A stretch of 64,000 bases of DNA, taken from Takakia lepidozioides. Lineage: Eukaryota; Plantae; Bryophyta. The DNA is taken from positions 9,176,001 to 9,240,000 of the forward strand of contig CM060734.1 in assembly GCA_030704615.1 (NCBI GenBank), in the 5' to 3' direction. The notes under the pieces are model-generated. The model searched no databases. It was not told where the DNA came from and saw only the letters and a list, made by a program, of their open reading frames with translations. This document shows positions 1-12,408 of this stretch, piece after piece. Position numbers and translations under genes: made by a program. The first letter of the stretch is position 1. Every line of letters begins with the position of its first letter.

Positions 1-1293
1 TTATTACTTTGACTGCCTTGATACTTGGCTCTGAAATGAGAACTCTTGGTATGACTCTGATGGATCAAAAGGATAGGCTTTGATAGATAACACACATTCT
101 TCAAGGCCCTCATATCATTTGGTTTCATGGCTTGATAACAAACTGGGGTTTCTGAGCTGCTTTTCACCTTGGCAGAACTACTTTATGTGGCCTTAAAATA
201 CCATTCTAGGCCTATACCTGCTTAAGGGGGCTCTACACTGTTGTTTCTTCTTCCTTTTTAAGAATCTTGCTTATATCTTGGTTCTAAAACATCATCTTCA
301 AACCAAACCTGCAATCTGGTTTTTGAAATGAGTTTAAAATGGATTCTTGAGATGATGATGTGTACTATGGTGCTTTCATGATATGAATGACCTGGAATCC
401 CACCCTCCCCGCCCTGTTTTTTTCAGAGACCCTGAAATGTAATTGGGTATTCAAATGAGATTGTAAACATGAAAGAGAATGTTAGATGGTGCCCTGTAAA
501 GGGCTGTTTTGTCTTTCAATGACAATGACCTTAGCGGTCTTGTCCATGTCTTGACATGACATGTATATCTTCCCTCTCTTTTTATCTTTTCTGCCCCCTC
601 TCTCTCTCTCTGGTTTGTTTTGTTTTGTGAGCAGCATAAAAAAGAGGGAGAGAGAGGGAAGATACTTTTTGTCATGTCAAGACAAAGACAGGACCCCTAG
701 GGTCGTTGTCATGAAGAAGAATAATAATCAGACATATCAGCCACTTAACAGTGGCACCATCCATCAATCATCAAGCTATAAAATCCAGAATTACCTCCAT
801 GCATAGTAATGTGTTCATGTCAGTATTATCCATAATCCAGAGAGTACTTCAGCAAAGCTGATTGACCACCAGTCATGATCTGGATACACATTCAGAGGTC
901 TGGGTGGGATGGCGGGTACTTGGCCATATTTTGGCCTCGATGTGTTGTAGGTCAAATGGTCATACAGATTTACAATCGAGATTGATTGATGTCCGCAAGC
1001 TGGAATCCAAACATACTTACTCACCCATGGGTGTCATGGAGGGTTTTTTTTTTAAAACAAAAAGAAAGCTTGGGTACCACAAATTTCAATATCTTGCCCT
1101 GCCAGTATTTGTTTAAACTGGTCTGCAACACAGCTTGCCCCCACAAGGGATGGGGATAATATGGTTAATTTTCCAGATCACCCCTGTACCATTATTTCTT
1201 GCTACAGCTGAAAATCAAAGTTCATGACACAGCAAGGCAAGTATAAAGCATTGCATACACACCCTATGACAGTATATGACACTGCCAGCACGA

Positions 1294-1670
1294 GGGAAGC
1301 TAGCGCGTGAGCGCGCTCACGCTTAGCGGACTAAGCGTGAGCAAACTTCGTTAAGCGTGAGCAGATTTCCTAAGTGTGAGCACATTTCTTAAGCGTGAGC
1401 ATAGAATGAAAGCGGAGCCTATAGCCGTGGGAAAAGCATAACCTATTGCTGTGGGGACAACGTTTAGGGTACCTGAGGGCAACATACGAAAGACACGAAT
1501 GGAAATTTGAGAGTAGTGCAAGACGAAATCTGTACGGATGAATGGGTATGTGGAATGGATGAATGTTGGATGAATGTAGGATGAATGTCGGACGTCAAAA
1601 TACGGATGAATGTACAATGGATGAGAGCAATGACATTTGGGGTGAAAGAACTTGAACGATGTTGAATGAA
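1294..1670. repeat. Terminal GCGTGAGC motif cluster and subterminal GGATGAATG array of element A
   Basis: (TAA)GCGTGAGC repeated ~5x at 1305-1400; GGATGAATG-like repeats at 1535-1670; same motifs occur at the left end of element B. Confidence 0.7.
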
Positions 1671-2370
1671 GTAGGCCATCATCCACTGCTTTGAAGTGGT
1701 ATGAATTTCCCTCACATACCTTTTGTTCGAAACAGTATACATGTCGTATAAACAATGCCATTAGTGAAGGTCCATGCAAGACTGAAGTATATTCAGAAAG
1801 CACGATCTTATTGATTGGGTATGAAAAGTAAGGCATCCTTGATGATATCTGAAATAAGCATAGAGCATCTAAAGGACTTCTGAATGCCGATATTATGAGC
1901 TAAGCCCTGGTAAGACAGCTTACGGGAGTATGTGTACACCTTATACATGATCCGGTCAATGCACACTACTTTTGTTAGCTAGTCTCATGTAGCCGATGCC
2001 TTATATCATAATCAAATACTTATGATTGAGTGAGTACCATGTCCTTTGATCAAGTGCTTCTATACTTCTCTCTTAGATATGGCTTTGCTCCTTGTGGCAC
2101 CATAAGACCAACTCTAATCTGTTGCTAGAAGATGTTTTGTCTATATCACAGGCATGGTACCACAGACTTGAGCTGCTGCTGTATCTTGACAAGGTTCCTT
2201 GAACGAGGTTCCTTCCCTAGCCTGTTCTTCCCTGTGCAAGAACTTATTGAGAAATTGAAAGGTATTTTCTAAAAACTTGTACCTATCCAGAGCTAAGTAT
2301 ACCACTGAACTCTCTGTTCTTTTCTCATGATACCAATCTTTGCAAGGTCATGCCCGATAACATCTCAAAC

Positions 2371-5045
2371 TCATGCAGTACTATCTCGCTCAAGTAGTGT
2401 CATAACATCAGCAGGCCCTATCGTACATTGGTGAATATATGTGTCTCTTTTTGGATCACAAAACATCCTCTGAATGTACATGTAGTACAAATGTTTGCAT
2501 GGCACAAATTTGCCTCTCTTTCCTAGAGAACTGGAGATTGTGTTTTTGAAGTATGGGCAAGTGCAATCCGGGAAATTGGAAACAGTTACCTCGTACGCCC
2601 TGTTGTGAAGAACAGATCCAATCGTCACCATACTAAACACCCGTCCGTAGCCTAGTGGGGAACATCGACAACGTGGGTGATCCGACACTGCAGGGTTTTC
2701 GCTGATTCAATCTTGCACTCGTGCTCTGCACCTGCCTCAACCCGCGGGACCACCTTTCCATTTCTTTCCATAGGCCAGTCGTTGCCATGTGGAGGGGGCG
2801 CAGGAAATGGGGAAGGGAAATCATGCGAAGAATTAACCGTTATGACAGTTGGTCCTCTTGGGAGCCGAAATCCTGCATCCGCCATCATGTCAATTTCCTA
2901 TGTAGAGAGTGTAGTTCCCATCTTAACTGGCCAAACTTCTGGGATTTGAGGTTTGGTTATCACCGAATCACGGACAGTTCCCATCACGCAATGTTTCATG
3001 TCATCGGGACAAAACCAAAACTTGTGAGGCCTGGCCTCCCGCGCACTATAATGCTTGAACAACCCTGTGAAAGTTGGGGCTGGAGTCCCTGCAGGGGCTC
3101 TACAAATCATAGATGTGCACTTCACAAAGGACGTTGCCCTGATAGCGGAACATTTCACTTTTGAGCCTTGCGGAGTTCGTTCTATGTGCCACAGCGCGTC
3201 TGCACAATCAGACTCCTGGATGGGCAGCAGGTTTGCCCCTTCTTCCCGTGTAGTTGTAGTTGTCGATTCCGTGAACTCTGTCGAAGAAGATTCACCCACA
3301 AAGGATGTTGCGTGCACGAAAGTGGGGGGCACGGACACACGTGGCACCAAAAAGTTATCCCCATCGTGTCGATGTGAATCGCCGTCCGATCCCGGAGGGG
3401 TGTCCAGTTTGCGCTTGCATAGACCGAATCTCTCCTCACTTTCCAGATGAGGATGTCTTGATTGCAAAGGTGTTCCCATTGTGCATTCGTTTACAACCTT
3501 TGCCATTCTAGCAGGATCATTGCATCTATTTGCAGCCCTCAGCTGCAACTCCGCCCTGTCTGGCCCCTTACCAGAACCGCATCCACGAAGGAAATCCCGG
3601 TACCGTGTCTATTGCGAAAGCGCGCGGACCATGTCATCCGAAGTGGCAACGTACAGGTCCCGCCCGTTCTTGCTGGATTGCGCATTCCACATAATATGCA
3701 TAGTCTCGGATAGATTACAAGAAGGCATATCCGCTATGTCCTCCAGAGACATATTCTGCACACAATATTCTTCCCACTAATTATTGTACTTCAAAAGCTA
3801 ATAGCATTGAAGAAAGACACGTCAACAGGGGTAATAGTGTAAATTGAACTCATGCAAGCCTCGGAGATTAGGAAGGGACCTTACTCTTGTCATGAACCCC
3901 CCCCCCCCCCCACTGTTTGTATCTGAAGTGCCAAAATCCCATCCAGTCGTCAAGTTCTTTGAGGCCATCCTGACTTGCTGCATCGGAGGAGTACCACCAT
4001 GCCCGAATAGTTTGGTATAAGGAGTTTGCTTCGATCTCGCTTGTTGCATCTTTATACAGCCGACAGAGTCTCATGTGTTCCTCCTGCAACTCTGGTTTTA
4101 TGCAACTCTTGGTGTGCCTTCGGAGGGACTGCGTCCAATGGAATAGGCAAGTGCGCTCCCTGCCCATCATGGGTATTTTTGGATCACCACTTCCAAAAAC
4201 AGACCGGACTGCATTCCAATTTGTCTGCGCGCTGTCAGCCATAAATCCATGAAAGTTCGGATCTGGGACACCATTGTTTCTCATGACTTTCACAAGGGAC
4301 TTCCACATTAGGATTTGAGACTCAGTGTCTTCGGATTACATGTCACACACTGCAATCGTCATAACTCTTTGGTAAGGAGGATCGTACACATGAGCAGCCA
4401 TGGTTGTCCAGCCCTTCACACGTTTCACGTGATCAAACATGAGCCAGGATTTCTGGAGATCGACACCGGGCTGCATTCTGCGGACCAAGCTAACTCCACT
4501 TCCCTCCACAACTGTGGACATCTTGAACAAGAACACTTTCAACGACCCCTGACCAGGAAAGACATTATCTTGAATGAAGTCGTACATGCTTCTCCGCTTC
4601 AATTCCAGGATGTTATCCACATAACCTGTGCTCCCTGTCCCCATTCTGAGTGCGTTGATTTGGTTGCGTACATTGGGCAAACTAAAGGTCGAGAAATAGT
4701 CCATAACGACGTCCAGTTTTTTGCCGTCCAGTTTCAGAATGTTCTCTTCCGCTCCTCCTAGAATGTGTTTTTGCAAGAAGCTCTTGCTTGCATAAAGTGC
4801 AATTGCAGATGGCAGTGCATAAGGAGCATTCTCCACCTCATGTCGTAGAAGTCCCCGAATTGTTTCAAGACTTTCCCGACAATCCCCTTTCGATGGGTAT
4901 GATTGCCGAGATGAACACAAGCTCGGGTCAGGCCGTGAAAATGATGGAGCACATAGTACATGCGGGCCTTGCATGTGCCAATGCATGTTGGGGCCGTTTT
5001 GCAATATTTGCAGAGCAACATCGTGTTTTTAGGAGGTGGGCACCC
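2371..5045 (-). pseudogene. Mutator-like DDE transposase (element A), 5'-truncated and frameshifted
   Basis: Motifs LMFDHVKRV, FMADSAQ..ERTCLFHW (CxxH), SCNLSETMH and C-terminal SWIM CTCPYF..PCKHL across ORFs 4336-5004, 3868-4308, 2898-3548, 2371-2688; collinear with the 37291-40804 copy. Confidence 0.85.
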
Positions 5046-5107
5046 CACTTGGGAGTCCTGTCAACGTCTCTCTTTGCCTCCATTCCCACCGTTGCAAGCC
5101 CCACAAA

Positions 5108-5345
5108 CAACCTTGCGTCAACGCAAGGTTGATTTGGGCTATAGTCCAGTGTCATTTTGATCTATTTTTTTGAACGTTTGAAACTCACAAAACAACCTTA
5201 CGTTGACGCAAAGTAGTTTGGGAGTCCTGTCAATGTCTCTCTTTGCCTCCATTCCCACCGTTGCAAGTCCCACAAACAATCTTGCGTCAACACAAGGTTG
5301 ATTTGGGCTTCAGTCCACTGTCGTTTTGATTTGTCGCAAGGTTGT
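5108..5345. repeat. Palindrome array 1 of element A (CAACCTTGCGT-CA-ACGCAAGGTTG)
   Basis: Copies at ~5108, ~5193, ~5277 and a half copy at ~5335, upstream of the ParB exon acceptor. Confidence 0.85.
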
Positions 5346-5427
5346 TTTGGGCCATGCCGCTGCATGTTTTGCTGTCATTTTGTTTAATACCAGACTTCGT
5401 GACTGATAAATCTTTTGGTTTTTAGCA

Positions 5428-8070
5428 GAGGAAAAGGAAAAGGAAAGACCCTGTCAGAGACGGAGCAGAGGCAGAGTATGAAGATGATGAAGATTGCATT
5501 GACGAACATTACGCAGACAGAGCAGAGGCTGTTATCGGGGGACACAAGGTGAACTCTTCGAAGGTAATCCTGTCAATGGAAATTCCTGGTGGAGATCTCC
5601 TTATCCCACTGTGCAGCATGATATTGATGCCCGCTATCCAGCCAGCACTCAGAAACGACATAAGGAAACTCAAAAATGATTTTGTGCATGGGTATGTGAA
5701 TGGTTCTGCGGTGTTCTATGTTTCCACAACTGACACGAAGGGAGAAGAGTGCCCTGTATCAGAAGAGATTGAGCAAAGTTGGGATCCATGTTGGCGTGAA
5801 GTAAACAGGGAGTTCGAGGCCAAACTATCCAAGAAGGCTTCCACAAAAGTTTTCATGGGGAAGATGTTTTTTGTATGGGATGGCAATCACCGCTTGCTTG
5901 CCTGGATGGACTACATATCCGAATTGCACTCTGACAAAAAGGATTGGCATTGGAGCGTTCATTCTATGGTCCTGGATCACAAAGGACAAATCACACAGCT
6001 ATTGACTGCCATGCACGACATCAACAAGTAAATTTTCCGAAGTTGTTATGCATTATGTGATTGCCATGCACTGTTTGTGGTTGTTTTCTTCTTAAATGGC
6101 AAAGTGACTGTTCAATGCAGATCAAACAAAACCTCCCATGTAACAACCAACCTCTACCACACCCTTTTCCGGGTCCAGAAGATTGGTTGCCACTGGAATG
6201 AGTCCAAGTCAAATGAAGAGATGCAGGGAGAAGAAGCTCGTCACCTGGTATAGCTTGACAAGAGAGGCATTTCTTGACTACATGTACACGGTAAAGAAAC
6301 CGAAACCGAATTTAAATCCAGGCTAGTTTGTTCCCTCTATTCAATGGATGTGAATTTAAGGATCCTACATTTTGGATTGTTTGCAGCAAGAGATAGCGGA
6401 GACAGGCTTGAAGGCGAAGGCCGAATACTACGCCACTCACGCAGAGGATGAGAGGTCTGCTGTAGGGGTGGTGGAAGCAATCAGGTTTGAGATGGATAAC
6501 CACAGAAAGAACCTGCTAAGTGTGTTTGACAAACAAATCCGCATTGCAGATCCAGGTCTCGGCTCAGAGTTCCTGGAGCAGGTGAAAGTGCACTATGACA
6601 AGTATGGAACTAAACCCGAAATGACTCAAGAGAAACTGCATCGCCTGTCCATTTCAATGGTGGACACCGCAACCAAAATCAGATGGTGGAGATTTGAAAC
6701 TCGGATCCTCTGGTGAAGGACACGTATGGGTTTCCAAGAACAGAGAAAGACCCCAAAACCAATGTGATAAAAGTGGTGAGTGACCACTCCTTCGACCAAT
6801 GGCTTCACAAAGCTACATTCTGGAGCCAGGTGAGAGAAACAACCGATTCATCATTCTGCAGTTTGTATTTTTCTAGTAATTTCGTGTTGTTTGCCTCTGT
6901 AGCCTCACATTCACCTTGTTGGGGCAGCTGGAGAAGCGTGCTATGGCAGCACTGGGAGAGTCCTTGACTTACTACAAATCACCATGACAACACCCAGAAT
7001 CCCTCTTGAGCAATACATTCGGAGATGGAAAGGTGCAATATGGAACAACTGTTTCTTTAGGGAGTTTGAAAGAGACAAAGGCATTTCCAGGTCCAATGAG
7101 TTCAAGAATCAGTACAGTAGCGAGCAAGCTATGAAGCGAGTCTTGTACAGGTATCATGTTTCTTGAGTGCGTTGTTTCATGGTTGCGTTTTTCTTACTCG
7201 AATCAACCTTGCATTGTTGCAAGGTTGGTTCGGGACTCCCCATGAGAGTCTATTCTATCCGTCTGTCGTTCCTTTTTTAGTCGCAATTTAACCTTGCGTC
7301 AACGCGAGGTTGATTCGGGCTGATGATTGTGTACTTTATTACCATATCCCTGTTTGTTGTATGCTACTTCTCCAGGCATGTCCCAACCTTGCGTTGACGC
7401 AAGGTTGAAGGCAGGTCCAGTGGAACAGTATTTTTTGAGATTTGCCTCCACGCAGAAGTAAATTTTCCGTTCGTTGTCTTCTTTTCCTTTGTTTCTTCGT
7501 TTCAAATTCTGCTTCTCAATATTCATTTTACAAACTCATTTCAACCTTGCGTTAACGCAAGGTTGATTGAGGCTTGATTGTATCTGCACATTTAAGTTAT
7601 ACTTCAATGCTTTGTTCAGCCTTGCATTGATGCAAGGTTGTTCATTGATCACAATAGACCAATTATGTGTTTTCATTGTTTGTTTGGGCAGTTCGTTGGG
7701 ATGGCTCAAACAACCTCACGTCAACGCAAGGTTGATCGAGGTTCTGCGTTTTTCCTGCTTCCTTTGTGTCTGATGAACTGTGGCCTTCATGAAATTGTTC
7801 TTTTGGGTGTGTTTTCCAGGTATATATACCATGTCCCCATTCCCGGCAAGTACCTCAGTGATGAGCCGGATTTCATTTTCATGTGGGCGGACCCCACTAA
7901 GGACAAGACAATGTACACTGCGGGGATTGCGAAGGACTGGGGCAGGGCGCACTTCAGAGACTGTGGCCAATACCTGGACTTGCCTAAACAAGACACACCA
8001 TTCGAGGGTGTGGTTTGCGGAACTTCAATGACAATGCAGCAGCTCTTGCACCACTCAGTGACAAGGAAAT
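5428..8070 (+). pseudogene. ParB/Srx-like-methyltransferase gene of element A, 5' part (5 exons)
   Basis: Exon with FFVWDGNHRLLAW and LLTAMHDINK followed by a GT donor; later exons match element B exons (WYSLTREAFL, DPGLGSEFL, WLHKATFWSQ, MYTAGIAKDW..HFRDCG). Confidence 0.75.
7204..7735. repeat. Palindrome array 2 of element A (6 copies, intronic)
   Basis: CAACCTTGCGTnnACGCAAGGTTG variants at ~7204, 7289, 7384, 7542 (perfect 24-bp palindrome), 7617, 7712. Confidence 0.9.
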
Positions 8071-8194
8071 TCAGTTCCCAAAGTTGCAAGACCAGTAAGC
8101 AGAAAGACAGGACCGCGGAAAGGAAATGCTTTCTCACAAAAAAGAAGGTCTGAATAATGAAAATCCGACATGGCATCCAAAACAAACCGGACTT

Positions 8195-8764
8195 ACGTAC
8201 ACTCAAAGTCGGAGTCCACGTCGAGGTCTTCTTCTGGAACTTCCCGCTCGTCAAAAACTGTTTCTTTGTGTGGGGCTGATGTTGAGCCGGAGGTGAGTTG
8301 TTGAAGCTCGCATGAAAACAGCTCCGCATCCCCCTCCATGACGAAGAAGTGTCTACCGGTGCTCTTACAGGCATGGAATGTTGCACCTGCAAATGCACAG
8401 AACGAATGTTTAAAAAACCATAAATTTTTACAAAATTCAAGATCATAGTTACGGTAGAGTAGGAGACTTGGCAGGGCTCACCTGTTCCCAAAGACAAGTC
8501 CACCACCCGCCCCCCATGCCGGCTGCAAGTCTCCACCAGAGTCTGCATGAATGCTGGAGATTTCTCCCGAGCACCTCTCCAAGGGACACCATTTGTCCTT
8601 TTCAAGGTCCGCCCGGAGTCCACGTAATTGAATAGGACATCGTCCCCCACAGGTTCACAGGTGCTACAAGGTCTCTCAACTGGAACTCCGCAATACCAGG
8701 AGGGAGGGTGTCCTTTCGCAACCTCACCAAGCATAAAACCTCGAACACCCGAGTCTGCATGCAC
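8195..8764 (-). pseudogene. Last exons (MTase-like SAM-binding region) of the element A gene, inverted
   Basis: WRGAREKSPAFMQTLVETCSRHGGRVVDLSLGTG / intron / ATFHACKSTGRHFFVMEGDAEL; matches element B 31126-31700. Confidence 0.75.
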
Positions 8765-9547
8765 CCCCCCCCAAATTCAGTCACTACAAGAAAAACGCGG
8801 AATAACCACTGGCCCCCTTAACCACTCTTGTCTTTTATCACTCTATAAATCACTCCAAGTAATGGTAACCACTGGTCAGTGGTTAATTCCAATGAAATGC
8901 CACGGTGGCAAAATATGGAGTGGTTGGAAGTGGTTTCAACCACTGAGTAATCCACATGTAATATTTAATTTTATATTTATTATTCGACATTTGGTCAAAT
9001 ATTTATATTAATAATGATAATATCCGACATGGACGGGTACAATGATAAATTATAAGTGGTTAAAGACACCTCAGTGATGGGAAGTGATTGAAACCACTTT
9101 CTACTCCACGTGTAATAAATTTTTTTTAAAGATTTTTATCATTTCAAAATATATTATTCCACGTGGACGAGGATAGTAGTATACGTAGATCTGAGAGGGT
9201 TAAAGACCCCCAATGATTGGTACCACTTGCACAGTGGTGGAATGTGAGTGGTTAAGACCCTTTTGTAACTAGAACCACTCTTCAAGTGGGCACTTGTGAG
9301 TGGTTACATACACGTGAGTGATTGGTACCACTTCTGGGGTGGGTTGTGAGTGGTTGAAGACACCTGAGTGATGGGAGGTGATTGAAACCACTTGCTACTC
9401 CACGTGTAATAATTCAATTTTTATTTAAGATTTATCATTTCAAAATATATTTAATTATGAACTATATTATTCCACGTGGACGGGGACAGTATACGTAGAT
9501 CTGGAGTGGTTAAAGACCCCCATTGATTGGTACCACTTTGAGAGTGG

Positions 9548-9872
9548 TGTCAAGTTATTTTACCACTAGTGTGAAACTAGCTAGGAAATAGCTAGCTTTT
9601 ACATATTGACATTTGGGATTGGCCCAAGTGTCAATCCAGGGGTCAAGGCAGATTTAGGCCCTGGAGTGGTTATCTTCACGGCAAGCGCGGGAGGCTCATC
9701 TTTCTCGAGTTGAGCCTCACCGCGCCTAGCTATGGCGCCGTAGTGTGGATTCCCCATGGCGTGGGGTGCACTTGGCTTGACTTGTATTTGAGTGATGAGG
9801 TTATATATGCATGAGTTTATGCTTCAGCTTTGTGAGCTCGCATGAGCTTGTGCTTGTATTCTTCCTCTTTAT
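9548..9872 (+). repeat. Terminal repeat A1
   Basis: Near-identical to 19931-20254. Confidence 0.95.
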
Positions 9873-9873
9873 C

Positions 9874-9890
9874 ACTCGAGAAAGATGAGC
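9874..9890 (+). promoter_or_regulatory. Candidate self-priming primer-binding site
   Basis: ACTCGAGAAAGATGAGC directly after A1 is the exact reverse complement of 9694-9710; no TGG tRNA-type PBS is present. Confidence 0.6.
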
Positions 9891-10539
9891 TCGTATGCTA
9901 GATACGAGTTAGTTGTAGCACTTGTGGTTTTTGCTTGAGAATGAGAGAAACCAAGTTGTTATGCAAGGAGCACCGTGGAGCTCTTGGTTGTTAGAAGCGG
10001 AGGCGATGTGGGTTACGAGGTGGTAAACCTTGGCATTCGATCTTCAGCTTCAGAGATGAAAGCACCATACTGCAGGTAATTCCAGAGCACCTTGATGGTT
10101 TCAGATTGTGTACATGCATGAGCAAGCACGATTGGGAAGAGGACCAGTCAAGAGCAGGTTATAGTGGCTTTGGTGGCAAAGCTGAGAACTGGACTTGGGA
10201 ATGCGAGCTTTCATTGTGTGAAGGATTGCAAGACCAAGCGAAAGGGCTGATTTGGCTTGGGGCAAATCAGTGCACTTTGTGGAGTATGGTGAGATTGGGT
10301 TTCAATCTCGAGCTTCAGCATTGAGAGGGCTCTTGTCATGGCGAGAGCAGGGCTGGAACAGGAGCTAAGAGGTGCGGCAAGGCCATGGAATGTGCACCTA
10401 GGGTTCAGAGCTTGGAAGAAGAGCTCTTGCACCACAAGAGAAGTGTCTTGTGGCTGGAAATGTAAGCCTTAGGGTTTCAGGAGCTTGGCAAAGGCTATGG
10501 AGTGCTTAGTCTTGTCTTAGAGAGCATCAAGGAGCCAAG

Positions 10540-10990
10540 GAGCCAAGATAGGGGGCTGATATCTCTTGTGTGAAGAGGTTGCATGTGTGGAGCATGTATT
10601 CAGCTCATTGAAGCTTCCATCTTCAAGCTTGGAGGGCAAGCAAGGAAGAGGGAAGGGCTGACTTCCCTTATGTGAGGGCAATGCATGTGTGGAGCATGCT
10701 ATCAGCCTGGTGAAGGCTTGCACTTTCAGGTGTGGGAGTGCAAGAAAGGAAGGAAGGGGCTGGTTTCCCTGTAGGGCATGTGGAGCATGCTTTCAGCCTG
10801 CTGAAGCTTGTATTTTCAGGTTTGTGGGTGCAAGAATGAAGCAAAGGAGCTGATTCTCTTATGGTGAGAGTGGGGCATGTGTGGAGCATGCCTTCAGCCC
10901 ATTGAGGCTCTTGTTTTCAAGCTTTAGAGAGCTAGAACGGAAGGTCTAGGGCTGGTTTCCACTTGGAGTGAAAGAAAAGCACTTGTAGGG
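10540..10990. repeat. Degenerate ~100-bp tandem repeats in the gypsy 5' leader
   Basis: GCATGTGTGGAGCATG..TCAGC recurs about 4-5 times. Confidence 0.65.
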
Positions 10991-11399
10991 CCTATGTGAG
11001 TTGGGGTTTCAACTTCAAGCTTGAAGGGAGCGCAACTCTTGAAGCAGCAGGTGTAGGGGGCTGGAATAGCTCTAGACAGATGCTATGGCCAAGGAGAGTG
11101 CTTGAATGAGTGCTCACAAGGGCTGGGAACCAGCAGGGCTTGGTTGTTTGCCATTGAGTTTAGTGGCGTGTTTGGGAGGCTAAGTGAGAAAGAAGGCTTG
11201 GTTTGTGGCAACCACCTCATGGCTTAGGGCTACTATGGTGGTGTGTGGGAGCCGAAAGAGCAAGGATACCTTGCTGATTTCCTCACAGCCACCATAGCTC
11301 GGTGGAAAGAAGCCTAGAGTCCAAGAGACACAAACCCTAGCTTGGCGTGGCTAAACCCCTTGGAGAAATGGCTAAACTGCCCTGGCTTACCAAAGTGAA

Positions 11400-11960
11400 C
11401 GGGCTGTTGTGACAAAGGCACTGTGGGCGCCCGGCCAAAAATGACGCCGTGCCTGAGGCCGCGGGCTGCCCCCGCTGTGGGGCGGCTGTGTGGGCAGGCG
11501 GGCTGTGACAGGCCCGGCCGGGCTGTGAGGGGCTGTGACAGGCCCCAGGCCTGTGAGGGGCTGCCTGAGGCCTTTGGGGCTGTCTGTGTGTGACTGTGAG
11601 GGCTGTTTGCCTGAGGTGAGGCTGTGACGGGCTGTGGGCTGTGACAGTGAAATTGTGAGGGGCGGCCCCCTGTCCTGAGGCGGGCTGTGACACTTGCGGG
11701 CGGGCTTGCCTGTGAGGGGCTGTGACAGGCCTGACAGGCTGTGAGGGGCTGTGTGGGGCGCGGCCCTGTTGTAGTGAAGGGCTGTTGAGTGAATCTGTGG
11801 GGCTTGACCGGCTGTGGAGCCGGGGCTTGAGGCTGTGACTGTGCTGTGCCTGAGGCCTTTGAGGCTGTCTGTGAGGGGCTGTGACAGGCTGTGCCCTGTG
11901 GGACTGTGACGGCTGTGACCAGTGAGCTGTGTGGGCCTGTGCTGGTCTGTGGTGGCCCGT
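11400..11960. repeat. GGCTGTGA minisatellite in the gypsy leader
   Basis: Dozens of GGGCTGTGA(C/G) units; reverse-complement equivalent at 27500-28305. Confidence 0.85.
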
Positions 11961-12408
11961 TGACCTGTGGATGGCCTGTGCTGACTCGTGGAGGCACTGG
12001 TGGACTAAGGACTGGCATGTGGTCTGGAAGGCCAATTTTGAAGCTCGTGGAGGGCGGTTTGAGGAGTATCTTCATGATATTCCATGGTCATGCAAGTTCA
12101 GGTGTAGGCTATGTTAGGAACTTAGTATTCCAAACCATAAGCCGCAACAGGTTCTCTACCCGGTTACCTTGTGGAGAGGGGGTTAGGGACATGTTCATGA
12201 CCGGTTGAGTGTCAACACGGAGGTGCCACTAGTTGCTGGGGACAGTGCCGGTTCGAGCACTAGCGATACTAGTGGGTACACGAGACGAGGTGTGCGGTTT
12301 AGGCCACCTTCACCTCCTGTGTCTTCGGAAGGTTCTGATTCGGATTGTGAATCAGGAGGGCTCATACCGGCGGTGCAAGTTGTTTCTTTGCCATTGTTGT
12401 GGGACACA

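Noticed and set aside
535-695. Hairpin (TGTCTTGACATGACA / TGTCATGTCAAGACA plus CT/GA tracts) as a miRNA precursor
   Set aside because: Short interrupted stems with low-complexity sequence; more likely a transposon subterminal structure
1351-1836. His/Ile-rich ORFs here and at 30205-30603
   Set aside because: Artefacts of the GGATGAATG subterminal repeats
5549-6031. Bacterial contamination (ParB gene)
   Set aside because: GT-AG introns conserved between the two copies, and the homologous gene in element B lies within a TSD-bounded plant-type transposon
11314-12075. Long Pro/Ser/Gln-rich ORFs here and at 27563-28361
   Set aside because: Translation products of the CTGTGA/TCACAG minisatellite, open in several frames
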